64,000 nucleotides of DNA from an uncultured Lachnospiraceae bacterium (GCA_946539855.1 CAMNHV010000009.1:677-64676); one strand, 5' to 3'; positions 43,813 to 53,403 are shown, counted from the first letter of the stretch. The notes: generated from the sequence alone by a model not told the origin. Translations and numbers: made by a program.

Positions 43813-44995
43813 GAGCAGGGGAAGATTCGGGGCGTTCGGCGGACAGTACGTCCCCGAGACGCTGATGAACGAGCTGATCCGGCTGGAGGAGAGCTACGAG
43901 TACTACAAGAACGACCCGGAGTTTAACGCCGAGCTGACGCGGCTCCTGAACGATTACGCGGGCCGCCCGTCGCTCCTTTATCACGCGGAGCGGATGAGTC
44001 AGGACCTCGGCGGCGCGCAGGTTTACCTGAAGAGGGAGGACCTGAACCACACCGGCGCGCACAAGATCAACAACTGCCTGGGCCAGGTCCTGCTCGCGAA
44101 GAAAATGGGCAAGACCCGCGTCATCGCGGAGACCGGCGCCGGACAGCACGGCGTCGCGACGGCGACGGTGGCGGCGCTCATGGACATGGAGTGCGAGATC
44201 TTTATGGGCAAGGAAGACACGGAGCGTCAGCGGCTGAACGTCTACCGGATGGAGCTGCTCGGCGCGAAAGTCCACGCGGTGACGAGCGGCACGCAGGTGC
44301 TCAAGGACGCCGTCAACGAGACGATGCGCGAGTGGGCGGGCCGCGTGCACGACACGCATTACGTGCTCGGCTCGGTCATGGGGCCGCATCCCTTCCCGAC
44401 GATCGTGCGCGATTTCCAGGCGGTGATCTCGAAGGAGGCGCGCGCGCAGTTCCTCGAGGCGACGGGAGAGCTCCCGGACGCGGTGCTCGCCTGCGTCGGC
44501 GGAGGCAGCAACGCGATGGGCATGTTCTATCATTTCATCGGGGATGAGGGCGTTCAGCTCATCGGCTGCGAGGCGGCCGGCCGCGGCATCGAGACGGGGC
44601 AGCACGCAGCCACGATGGCGACCGGAACTGTCGGCGTCTTCCACGGCATGAAGTCCTATTTCTGCCAGAACGAGTACGGCCAGATCTCGCCGGTGTACTC
44701 CATCTCGGCGGGTCTCGACTATCCCGGCATCGGCCCGGAGCACGCGTACCTGCGCGACAGCGGAAGAGCGCAGTACGTGCCGGTCACGGATGAGGAAGCT
44801 GTCGAAGCGTTCGAGTACCTCGCAAGGACAGAGGGAATCATCTGCGCGATCGAGAGTGCACACGCGCTCGCCCACGCGATGAAGATCGCGCCGAAGATGG
44901 GGAAGGACCAGAGCATCCTCGTCTGCCTCTCCGGGCGCGGGGACAAGGACGTCGCGGCGATCGCGAAGTACAGAGGAATCGACCTGTCCGAGTGA
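43802..44995 (+). CDS. trpB: Tryptophan synthase beta chain
   Basis: [23 protein letters not shown] (PLP lysine), [37 protein letters not shown]. Confidence 0.97.
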   Translation: MQTESRGRFGAFGGQYVPETLMNELIRLEESYEYYKNDPEFNAELTRLLNDYAGRPSLLYHAERMSQDLGGAQVYLKREDLNHTGAHKINNCLGQVLLAKKMGKTRVIAETGAGQHGVATATVAALMDMECEIFMGKEDTERQRLNVYRMELLGAKVHAVTSGTQVLKDAVNETMREWAGRVHDTHYVLGSVMGPHPFPTIVRDFQAVISKEARAQFLEATGELPDAVLACVGGGSNAMGMFYHFIGDEGVQLIGCEAAGRGIETGQHAATMATGTVGVFHGMKSYFCQNEYGQISPVYSISAGLDYPGIGPEHAYLRDSGRAQYVPVTDEEAVEAFEYLARTEGIICAIESAHALAHAMKIAPKMGKDQSILVCLSGRGDKDVAAIAKYRGIDLSE

Positions 44996-45033
44996 GCGTT
45001 GTTTTGATAAGCAGGAAAGGATCCGGAACGGAA

Positions 45034-45813
45034 ATGAGTAAGACCATAAAGAACGCATTTGACCACGGAAAAGCTTTTATCGCATTCATCACGGCCGGGG
45101 ATCCGGACCTGGAGAGCACGAAGCGCTTCATACTGGAAATGGAGCGGGCCGGCGCGGACCTGATCGAGATCGGGATCCCGTTCTCCGATCCGATCGCGGA
45201 GGGCATCGTGATCCAGGAGGCGGACATCCGCGCGCTGAAGGCCGGGACGACGACGGACCGGATCTTCGACATGGTGGCGGAGCTGCGGAAGGAGACCGAC
45301 ATGCCGCTCGCCTTCATGGGATACCTGAACCCCGTCTTTTACTACGGCTATGACCGGTTCTTCTCCAGGTGCCGCGACGTCGGCGTCAGCGGCGTCATCA
45401 TCCCGGACCTCCCTTACGAGGAAAAGGGTGAGTGCTCGAAGGTAGCAGCTTCCTACGGCGTGGACGTCGTCTCGCTCGTCGCGCCGACTTCGAAGGAGCG
45501 GATCCGGACGATCGCGTCGGAGGCGGAGGGCTTCCTCTACGTCGTCTCCTCGATGGGCGTGACGGGCATGCGCAGCGAGATCACGACGGACATCGCCTCC
45601 ATGATGCATGAGATCCGCGAGGCGTCGGACGTGCCCGCGGCGATCGGATTTGGCATCAACACGCCGGAACAGGCGGCGGAGATGGCGCGTCTTGCGGACG
45701 GCGTCATCGTCGGCAGCGCGATCGTGAAGATTGCCGCGCAGTACGGCGCGGAGGCGGCACCGCACATCTATGAGTATGTGAAAAAGATGAAGGACGCGAT
45801 CCGCGGGCTGTAA
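45034..45813 (+). CDS. trpA: Tryptophan synthase alpha chain
   Basis: FITAGDP, EIGIPFSDP.A.G.VIQ, MGYLNP, IPDLP.EE, Y.VS..GVTG, GFGI, DGVIVGSA. Confidence 0.96.
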   Translation: MSKTIKNAFDHGKAFIAFITAGDPDLESTKRFILEMERAGADLIEIGIPFSDPIAEGIVIQEADIRALKAGTTTDRIFDMVAELRKETDMPLAFMGYLNPVFYYGYDRFFSRCRDVGVSGVIIPDLPYEEKGECSKVAASYGVDVVSLVAPTSKERIRTIASEAEGFLYVVSSMGVTGMRSEITTDIASMMHEIREASDVPAAIGFGINTPEQAAEMARLADGVIVGSAIVKIAAQYGAEAAPHIYEYVKKMKDAIRGL

Positions 45814-45911
45814 GAGTGCAGAACATTCCTTGGACCACTGCATAATGATGGACATGATGCAGGGTTTGTAAGGGCGTCGAGCATTCCAAGGCTCAGGGAT
45901 TTGGTGTAAAA

Positions 45912-45951
45912 TGAAACCGGCGGGCGGACCACATCCGTGCCGCCGGTTTCA
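45912..45951. repeat. Inverted repeat upstream of the XRE gene (terminator or operator)
   Basis: TGAAACCGGCGG-N16-CCGCCGGTTTCA, perfect 12-bp arms. Confidence 0.7.
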
Positions 45952-45983
45952 CGATAATAGACACGGAAAGGCGGGCGAACACC

Positions 45984-46601
45984 ATGTCAAAGAAGCTTGG
46001 AACACTCGTGAACGACGCGCGGCTGAAGAAGGGCCTGTCGATGGCAGCCCTCGCGGAGCAGGTGGAGGGACTCTCCTCATCCATGGTGGGCAAGATCGAG
46101 CGGGGCGAGTCGGAGCCCGCGGAAGATGTCCTCCGGGCGATGGCAAAGGCCCTCGGCGTGACGCAGAAATCGCTCGTTGACGCGGCATCCGGCACCGGCG
46201 CGGCAGCAAAGAAGACGGCAGCCAAGAGCACCGCAGCAAAGAGCACCACAGCAAAGAGTGCCGCGACCAAGAAGACGTCCTCCAAGAGCACGACCGCAAA
46301 GAAGACCACTTCCAAGGCGAAGAGCAGCTCCTCCAAATCGTCCTCCGGCGACCTGAAGCTCACCGCGACGGAGAAGAAACTCGTCGAGGCGTACCGCAAG
46401 GCGGGCACGAGCGCGAAGAAGACGGCGCTCAGCGTTCTGGAAGGCAAGGCGACGATGGCGGACTTCATGACGCTGATGATCGCGGACAAGGCGGAAGAGC
46501 TCGGCGGCTCCGGAAGCAGTTCAGGCAAGAAGAACGACCTCGACCTGAGCGATCTCGGGACGCTGCTGTCCGGCACGCTCGGCAAACTCGGCAAGAAGTG
46601 A
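45984..46601 (+). CDS. XRE-family HTH protein with histone-H1-like K/A/T/S-rich linker
   Basis: N-terminal HTH_3 (R.KKGLS...LAE.V..S.S.V.KIERG...P), repeats AKKTAAKSTAAKSTTAKSAATKK, LT..EKKLVEAYRK motif. Confidence 0.85.
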   Translation: MSKKLGTLVNDARLKKGLSMAALAEQVEGLSSSMVGKIERGESEPAEDVLRAMAKALGVTQKSLVDAASGTGAAAKKTAAKSTAAKSTTAKSAATKKTSSKSTTAKKTTSKAKSSSSKSSSGDLKLTATEKKLVEAYRKAGTSAKKTALSVLEGKATMADFMTLMIADKAEELGGSGSSSGKKNDLDLSDLGTLLSGTLGKLGKK

Positions 46602-46629
46602 CAGGCTGACAGCGCAGGGAGGAAACAGC

Positions 46630-48246
46630 ATGAAACTGGTCTTTATCGGCGCGGACCACGAAGTGACGGGAAGCTGCCATTACATCGAAGCTGCGGGCAA
46701 AAAGCTCCTCGTCGACTGCGGAATGGAGCAGGGCAGGGACTACTACGAGAACATGCCGCTTCCGGTCAAAGCGCATGAGATCGACGCCGTTTTTCTGACA
46801 CATGCCCACATCGACCACTCGGGTCTCATCCCGAAGCTCGTCAAAGAGGGCTTTACCGGGCAGATCATCTCGACAGACGCGACGATGCGCCTGTGCGACA
46901 TCATGCTCCGCGACTCGGCGCACATCCAGGAACAGGAAGCGCAGGAGAAGACGAAGCGGGCGGCGCGCTCGGGCGGCGGGGAAGTCCTGCCGGAATACGA
47001 GATGCAGGACGCGATGGCGACGATGAAGCTCTTCACCCCGTACCCGTACGGGAAAGAGTTCACCTACAGCGACGGCATCCGCTTCCGCCTCACGGACATC
47101 GGGCATCTGCTCGGCTCCGCGAGCATCGAGCTGTGGCTGACCGAAGGAGACGTGACGAAGAAGCTCGTCTTCTCCGGAGATATCGGAAACATTAACCAGC
47201 CGATCCTGCGCGACCCGCAGACGACGGACGAAGCCGACTACGTCATCATGGAGTCCACCTACGGCAACCGCCTGCACGAGCGCCCGAAGGGCGACTTTGT
47301 CGCGGACCTGACGGCGATCCTGAAGGACACGTTCACGAGAGGCGGCAACCTCATCATTCCCGCCTTCGCCGTCGGACGGACGCAGATCATGCTTTACTTC
47401 ATCCGGATCATCAAGGAGCAGGGCCTCCTGCCGGAGTTCCCGGACTTCCCGGTCTACGTGGACAGCCCGCTCGCGGTCTCCGCGACCGAGGTGTTCGCGG
47501 AGAGCGACAGGGAGTGCTTTGACGAGGAGACGCAGGCGGTGCTCCGCCGCGGCAGGAACCCGATCATCTGCCCGAACCTCCACCTGCTCATTTCCACGGA
47601 TGAGTCGAAGGCGATCAACGACGACATGACGCCGAAGGTGATCATCAGCGCCTCCGGCATGTGCGACGCGGGCCGGATCCGGCACCACCTGAAGTACAAC
47701 CTGTGGCGCCCCGACTCCACGGTCCTCTTCGCGGGCTACCAGTCCGAGGGAAGCCTCGGGCGCAAGCTCCAGGACGGCGCCGAGACGGTGAAGCTGTTCG
47801 GCGAGGAGATCAAGGTGCGGGCGAAGATCACCCGGATCGACGGCATGAGCGGCCACGCGGACCGGAAGGGCCTGCTCGTGTGGGCCGGCGCGTTCCAAAA
47901 GAAGCCGGACCTCGTGTTCGTCGTCCACGGCGAGGACACGGTCTGCGACGAGTTCGCGGACGCGCTTCACGAAGAGCTCGGACTGAAAGCGGTGGCACCT
48001 TACAGCGGCAGCGAGTTCGACCTGATCGCAGGAGAGTTCACGAAGATCGCGGAGGGCATTCCCGTCGAGCGGGCAGCGGCGAAGCGGAGCGTCTCGGATT
48101 CCTACACGAATCTTAAGATCGCGGAGAAAAAGCTTTCCCGCATCATCGAGGCTGCACAGGGAATGGCGAACAAGGACCTCGACCGGTTCGCGGCGGAAGT
48201 CGCGAAGCTCGCAGAGAAATACAAGATCGACGACGACAGGAAGTGA
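46630..48246 (+). CDS. Metallo-beta-lactamase beta-CASP RNA-processing nuclease
   Basis: VTGS.H, VDCG, THAHIDHSG, GHLLGS, FSGDIG, MESTYG.R.H, AFAVGRTQ, SASGMC..GRI.HH, SGHAD, VHGE. Confidence 0.92.
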   Translation: MKLVFIGADHEVTGSCHYIEAAGKKLLVDCGMEQGRDYYENMPLPVKAHEIDAVFLTHAHIDHSGLIPKLVKEGFTGQIISTDATMRLCDIMLRDSAHIQEQEAQEKTKRAARSGGGEVLPEYEMQDAMATMKLFTPYPYGKEFTYSDGIRFRLTDIGHLLGSASIELWLTEGDVTKKLVFSGDIGNINQPILRDPQTTDEADYVIMESTYGNRLHERPKGDFVADLTAILKDTFTRGGNLIIPAFAVGRTQIMLYFIRIIKEQGLLPEFPDFPVYVDSPLAVSATEVFAESDRECFDEETQAVLRRGRNPIICPNLHLLISTDESKAINDDMTPKVIISASGMCDAGRIRHHLKYNLWRPDSTVLFAGYQSEGSLGRKLQDGAETVKLFGEEIKVRAKITRIDGMSGHADRKGLLVWAGAFQKKPDLVFVVHGEDTVCDEFADALHEELGLKAVAPYSGSEFDLIAGEFTKIAEGIPVERAAAKRSVSDSYTNLKIAEKKLSRIIEAAQGMANKDLDRFAAEVAKLAEKYKIDDDRK

Positions 48247-48307
48247 GCCGGTCCCGCATTTGGCAAATTAACGGTTCCATGTATTAGTGCAAGAAAGGTA
48301 ATAAGAA

Positions 48308-49372
48308 ATGAGTCTTGCGGATATAGAGTTTATTAACATGTGCAAGGACGTCCTGGAGAACGGGACGAGCACGGAGGGACAGAAGGTGCGGCCGCACTGG
48401 CCGGACGGGACGCCCGCCTACACGATCATGAAGTTCTGCGAGATCAATCGCTTTGATCTCTCCGAGGAGTTTCCCATGCTCACGCTCCGCAAGACGGGCA
48501 TCAAGAGCGCGACGGATGAGATCCTGTGGATCTGGCAGAGAAAGTCGAACAACATCCACGACCTCGCGCCCCACATCTGGGACGAATGGGCGGACGAGGA
48601 CGGCGGGATCGGCAAGGCGTACGGCTACCAGATGGGTGTCAAGCATCCCTTCCGCGAGGTAAATGATGAAGGGCTGAAGAATGCTTTTCCAGAGTATTAC
48701 TGCTTCGGCACGCTGCCGGCGGACTATGAAAAGGACTTGAAGAACAGCCAGATCTTCCTCACCGAAGAGGAGAGGACGCTCGCGACGAGCGGTGCATCCG
48801 AAGGCGGAGAGCGGGTCTTCTTTGACGGGGAGACCGGGAGAGTCGCCGCCGTCACGGCGGGCGGCCGCTGGAACGTCGACCAGGTCGACAAGGTCATCTA
48901 CGATCTCGTGAACGCGCCGTTCGGGCGCCGCATCATGACGACGATCTGGAACCCGGAGGAGCTGGACGAGATGAACCTGCAGCCCTGCGCCTACAGCTGC
49001 ACGTTCACCGTGACGCAGAAGGAGGGGCATGAGAAGCTCACGCTCAACATGATCCTGAACCAGCGCTCGCAGGACATTCTCGCCGCCTGGGCGTGGAACA
49101 CCTGCCAGTACGCAGTGCTGCAGCACATGATCGCGCAGACGGTTGGCATGGAAGTCGGGGAATTCGTCCACGTGGACGCAAACGCGCACATCTACGCGCC
49201 GCGCCACATCCCGGCGATCAAGGAGCTGATCTCCCGCACGCCGAAGCCGGCGCCGGAGTTTTGGCTGGACCCTGAGATCCACGATTTCTACCGCTTCACG
49301 AAGGACAGTGTGAAGCTCATCGGCTATGAGGTCGCGGGCGAACAGATCACGGACATCGAGATCGCGATCTGA
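48308..49372 (+). CDS. thyA: Thymidylate synthase with large insertion
   Basis: IWDEWAD, G.AYGYQ, RRI....WNP, L.PC catalytic Cys, NQRSQD; followed by folA. Confidence 0.92.
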   Translation: MSLADIEFINMCKDVLENGTSTEGQKVRPHWPDGTPAYTIMKFCEINRFDLSEEFPMLTLRKTGIKSATDEILWIWQRKSNNIHDLAPHIWDEWADEDGGIGKAYGYQMGVKHPFREVNDEGLKNAFPEYYCFGTLPADYEKDLKNSQIFLTEEERTLATSGASEGGERVFFDGETGRVAAVTAGGRWNVDQVDKVIYDLVNAPFGRRIMTTIWNPEELDEMNLQPCAYSCTFTVTQKEGHEKLTLNMILNQRSQDILAAWAWNTCQYAVLQHMIAQTVGMEVGEFVHVDANAHIYAPRHIPAIKELISRTPKPAPEFWLDPEIHDFYRFTKDSVKLIGYEVAGEQITDIEIAI

Positions 49373-49471
49373 CGCCGCGGGCAGCCGGATCAGGAATGGC
49401 ACAGCCGCGGACCGGGAACGGAGCGCGGAACGGGCAGAGGCGCCGCCTCTGCGGAAAGGAATTGAAATTAT

Positions 49472-49993
49472 ATGAGAGCAATCGTCGCGGTCGACAGCAA
49501 CTGGGCGATCGGCAACAAGGGGCAGCTTCTCGTGAGCATCCCCTCCGACCACAAGATGTTCCGGACACAGACGAAGGACAAGATCGTGATCTACGGGCGA
49601 AAGACGCTGGAGACGTTTCCGATGGCGAGGCCCCTGGATCAGAGGGTCAATATCATTTTCTCGAGGAATCCGGCGTATGAGGTGAAGAACGCGGAGACGG
49701 TCCACAGCGTGGAAGAGCTGCAGGAGCTGCTGCGCACGAAATACGCGGAGCATGACAGCGACGACGTCTACGTGATCGGCGGGGAGAGCATCTACCGGCA
49801 GCTTCTGCCGCTGTGCGACACCGTGATCGTGACGCGGATCGACTTTGATTATGAGGCGGACGCCTTTTTCCCGAACCTGGACCAGGATCCGGAGTGGGAG
49901 TGCGTGGAAGAGGGGGAGGAGCAGACGTACTTCGACGTCGCGTTCCACTTCGACCGCTATGAGCGCGTATCCGGCGGCGCAGGAGCAGTATGA
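49472..49993 (+). CDS. folA: Dihydrofolate reductase
   Basis: AIVAVD.NW.IG..G.L....P.D...F, GRKT.E.F, PL..R.NI, VIGGESIY, ADAFFP. Confidence 0.95.
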   Translation: MRAIVAVDSNWAIGNKGQLLVSIPSDHKMFRTQTKDKIVIYGRKTLETFPMARPLDQRVNIIFSRNPAYEVKNAETVHSVEELQELLRTKYAEHDSDDVYVIGGESIYRQLLPLCDTVIVTRIDFDYEADAFFPNLDQDPEWECVEEGEEQTYFDVAFHFDRYERVSGGAGAV

Positions 49994-51042
49994 GAGCAGT
50001 TCCGGGAGAAAAAAAACATAGCAGGGGCATAAGGCGCAGCGCGATCCGCTGCGCTCTTTGTGCGGCGCTCATCGCGGCGATGCTCCTCACCGGCTGCGGC
50101 AGCAGGCTCGTCTTCACGACGGGATTCCGGGAGGACGAGGTGATCAGCGTCGGCAGCCAGAGCGCGGCCTCGGGGGAGGTGCGCCTCTACATCAGCAACT
50201 ACCTCAACGCGTATGAGGACACGTTCGGGAGCGGGCTGTGGGACGCGGCGCCGGAGGCGGCGCAGACCGTCCGCGACGAGGCACTCGGGAGCCTTCTGCA
50301 GGTGAAGATCCTGAACCTGATGGCGGAGCGGGACCTCATCGCGCTCACGGATGAGGAGGAGACGGCGGCCGCGGAGGCGGGGATCGCCTACTGCGCGACG
50401 CTGACGCCGGAGGACAGGGAGTACATCGGGCTGAGCGAGACGGACATCGTCATGATGATGAGCGAGTATGCCGTCTCCCGCAAGGAGTACGCGCACCTGA
50501 CGGAGTCCGCGGACCTCGGCATCAGCGACGATGAGGCGCGCGTGATCACGATCCGGACGATCCGCACGGAGACGGAGGACGCGGCGAGGGAGGCGTTCGC
50601 CCTTCTCGCGGGGAGCGTCGCCGCGGATCCGAACGCGGTGAGCGGGACCGGGGGAGGCGCGGCCTCGTTCGAGTCCGTCCAGGAGCAGTACAGCACCGAT
50701 CCGCAGAGGGAGTACACCGTCTCGCGGGCGGATCTGCCCGCGGCAGTGGAGCAGGCGGCGTTCGCGCTGGAGTCGGGCGCGATCAGCGGCATCGTCAGCG
50801 CGGAGGACGGGTACTATTACATCATTCTGTGCCTGAACCATTTCGACGAGGCGAAGACGGAGGCGAACCGGGAGGCCATGAAGGAGAAGCGGCTGAATGA
50901 GGCCTTCGCCGACGTGTACGAACCTTTTCTCGCGCAGCAGGACGTCCGCGTCAACGAGGAACTGCTCGGGAAGCAGACGGCGGCGGGCGCGTCCGCGACG
51001 TCGACCAGCAGCTTCTTCGAGGTCTATGACGAGTATTTCTGA
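49990..51042 (+). CDS. Lipoprotein, PpiC/PrsA-like foldase
   Basis: Lipobox LTGC; degenerate rotamase segment (F......YS.D, ...E.AAF.LE.G.ISGIV....GYYII). Confidence 0.7.
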   Translation: MRAVPGEKKHSRGIRRSAIRCALCAALIAAMLLTGCGSRLVFTTGFREDEVISVGSQSAASGEVRLYISNYLNAYEDTFGSGLWDAAPEAAQTVRDEALGSLLQVKILNLMAERDLIALTDEEETAAAEAGIAYCATLTPEDREYIGLSETDIVMMMSEYAVSRKEYAHLTESADLGISDDEARVITIRTIRTETEDAAREAFALLAGSVAADPNAVSGTGGGAASFESVQEQYSTDPQREYTVSRADLPAAVEQAAFALESGAISGIVSAEDGYYYIILCLNHFDEAKTEANREAMKEKRLNEAFADVYEPFLAQQDVRVNEELLGKQTAAGASATSTSSFFEVYDEYF

Positions 51043-51100
51043 AGAGAGCGGAGAAGGCTGTCGGATATAGGAAAAGGTCTTTGGAAGGCGATCTTGGTTG

Positions 51101-51127
51101 TTAGCACTCGTGCGTGACGAGTGCTAA
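51101..51127. promoter_or_regulatory. CIRCE element (HrcA operator)
   Basis: Perfect TTAGCACTC-N9-GAGTGCTAA. Confidence 0.97.
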
Positions 51128-51134
51128 TTTTTTA

Positions 51135-51163
51135 TTGACTTTTTCCCGCGATGGAAATAAACT
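51135..51163 (+). promoter_or_regulatory. sigma-A promoter of htpG
   Basis: TTGACT-17 bp-TAAACT. Confidence 0.75.
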
Positions 51164-51243
51164 CTTCATTGTATGAAAAACAGCTGCTGTTCCGGATCTT
51201 GATCCCGAACAGATACGATCAATAAAACATGGAGGTTTCAAAA

Positions 51244-53364
51244 ATGGCTGAACAAGGTTCCTTATCCATTAATTCCGAGAACATGTTCCCGATCATCAAG
51301 AAGTGGCTCTACTCTGACCGCGACATTTTCCTGAGGGAGCTGGTCTCCAACGGCTGCGACGCGATCACGAAGCTGAAGAAGCTCGACATGATGGGCGAGT
51401 ACGAGCTGCCGGAAGGATACAGCGCGCGCATCGACATCGTCTGCGACCCCGCGGCGAGGACGCTCAAGGTCATCGACAACGGCCTGGGCATGACCGCGGA
51501 TGAAGTAAAAGAATATATCAACAATATCGCGTTCTCCGGTGCAGAAGCTTTTCTCTCGAAGTATCAGGACAAGGCGACGGGCGACCAGATCATCGGCCAC
51601 TTCGGCCTCGGCTTCTACTCGGCGTTCATGGTGGCGGATCTCGTGACGATCGATACCCTGTCCTTCAAGGAAGGCGCGAAGGCGGTGCACTGGGAGTGCG
51701 ACGGCACTTCGACCTACAGTATGGATGACAGCGACAGGACCGCGGTCGGTACGACGGTCACGCTGCACCTGACCGACGACTGCGTCGAGTTCTCAAATTA
51801 CTGGAAAGTGCGCGAGACCGCGCAGAAATACTGCTCATTCATGCCGACGGAGATCTACCTCTCCGAGAATGGGACGAGCCAGACCGAGACGATCGATGAG
51901 GCGGACAGAAAGCCCGACGACGTCGTGATCGAGGTCATCGAGCCGGAGAAGAAGGAGGGCGAGGCAGGCGCGGAGCCGAAGAAGCGCCTGAAGATAAAGA
52001 AGCGCCCCGAGCTCGTCAACGACCCGCACCCGCTGTGGGCAAAGAACCCGAACGAGTGCACGGACGAGGAGTACAAGGCGTTCTACCGCAAGGTGTTCAA
52101 TGACTACAAGGAGCCCCTGTTCTGGATCCACCTGAACATGGACTACCCGATGAACCTGAAGGGCATCCTCTACTTCCCGAAGATCAACATGGAGTACGAG
52201 TCGATCGAGGGCGTCATCAAGCTCTACAACAACCAGGTCTTCATCGCGGATAACGTGAAGGAAGTCATTCCGGAGTTCCTGATGCTCTTAAAGGGCGTCA
52301 TCGACTGCCCGGACCTGCCGCTGAACGTGTCGCGGTCGGCGCTGCAGAACGACGGCTTCGTGACCCGGATCTCCGAGTACATCTCGAAGAAGGTCGCGGA
52401 CAAGCTCGCCGGCATGTGCCGCACAGACCGGGAGAATTACGAGAAGTATTGGGACGACATCAGTCCTTTCATCAAGTACGGCTGCCTCAGGGACGATAAG
52501 TTCTGCAAGAAGATGACGGATTACATCCTGTTCAAGGATCTGGACGGCAAGTACCACACGCTGCCTGACGCGCTCGAGGTCAATAAGATCGACGACGAGG
52601 CGGAAGAAGACGCGGAGAGCAAAGAGAATGCCGCGGAGGGCGAGGCGTCCGAAGGACTTGAGAAGGTCGAGGGCGAGATCGTCGACGAGAACAGCAGCGC
52701 GGTGAGCGGCGACGGGGAAGAGGCCGGCGAAGAAAAGAAGCAGGACCGCACGATCTACTACGTGACGGACGCGCAGCAGCAGAGCCAGTACATCAACCTG
52801 TTCCGCGCGCACGGCATGCAGGCGTTCCTTCTTGAGAACACGATCGACCAGCCGTTCATGCAGCAGCTGGAAGCGAAAAACGAGGGAGTCCACTTCTCCA
52901 GGATCGACGCGGACGTGCAGGACAGCCTGAAGAGCCGCGTCGGGAAGAAGGCTGCGGAGGAGATGAAGGAAGACGGCGAAAAGCTCGAGAAACTCATCCG
53001 CGGCGTCCTGAAGAACGACAAGATCGCCGTGCGGCTGGAAAAGCTGAAGGATAAGAAGATCTCCTCCATGCTGACCATCGACGAGCAGAGCCGCCGTTTC
53101 AGCGACATGATGAAGATGTACGCGAAGAGCGGCATGGGAATGGGCAGCGTTGGTGAGGGCAAGGAAGGCCAGACGCTCATCCTGAACGCGAACCATCCGC
53201 TCGTGAAATACATCCTGTCCCATGAGGAGGACAAGAATGTGAAGATGATCTGCCGCCAGCTCTACGATCTGGCCCAGATCCAGAACGCGCCGCTCTCGGC
53301 GGAGGACATGGCTTCCTTCATCGAGCGGAGCAACGAGATCATGATGGTGCTCGCGCAGGAGTGA
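51244..53364 (+). CDS. htpG: Molecular chaperone HtpG (Hsp90)
   Basis: IFLRELVSN..DA, DNG.GMT, IGHFGLGFYSAFMVA, GTTV.L, GVIDCPDLPLNVSRS.LQ, LN.NHPL; RBS GGAGGT. Confidence 0.96.
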   Translation: MAEQGSLSINSENMFPIIKKWLYSDRDIFLRELVSNGCDAITKLKKLDMMGEYELPEGYSARIDIVCDPAARTLKVIDNGLGMTADEVKEYINNIAFSGAEAFLSKYQDKATGDQIIGHFGLGFYSAFMVADLVTIDTLSFKEGAKAVHWECDGTSTYSMDDSDRTAVGTTVTLHLTDDCVEFSNYWKVRETAQKYCSFMPTEIYLSENGTSQTETIDEADRKPDDVVIEVIEPEKKEGEAGAEPKKRLKIKKRPELVNDPHPLWAKNPNECTDEEYKAFYRKVFNDYKEPLFWIHLNMDYPMNLKGILYFPKINMEYESIEGVIKLYNNQVFIADNVKEVIPEFLMLLKGVIDCPDLPLNVSRSALQNDGFVTRISEYISKKVADKLAGMCRTDRENYEKYWDDISPFIKYGCLRDDKFCKKMTDYILFKDLDGKYHTLPDALEVNKIDDEAEEDAESKENAAEGEASEGLEKVEGEIVDENSSAVSGDGEEAGEEKKQDRTIYYVTDAQQQSQYINLFRAHGMQAFLLENTIDQPFMQQLEAKNEGVHFSRIDADVQDSLKSRVGKKAAEEMKEDGEKLEKLIRGVLKNDKIAVRLEKLKDKKISSMLTIDEQSRRFSDMMKMYAKSGMGMGSVGEGKEGQTLILNANHPLVKYILSHEEDKNVKMICRQLYDLAQIQNAPLSAEDMASFIERSNEIMMVLAQE

Positions 53365-53379
53365 CGGGCAGCAGCCGGA

Positions 53380-53403
53380 ACAGAATAAAGGACAGAATAA
53401 AGG
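53380..53403. repeat. Tandem 12-bp direct repeat
   Basis: ACAGAATAAAGG x2 between htpG stop and its terminator. Confidence 0.8.

Noticed and set aside
46195-46345. Short tandem repeats that might be a CRISPR or VNTR array
   Set aside because: Imperfect in-frame repeats encoding the K/A/T/S linker; no spacer-repeat architecture and no cas genes.
48647-48877. Intein or group I intron in thyA
   Set aside because: No N-terminal C/S or C-terminal HN, no LAGLIDADG motif, frame is open and the insert is too short; kept only as a domain insertion.
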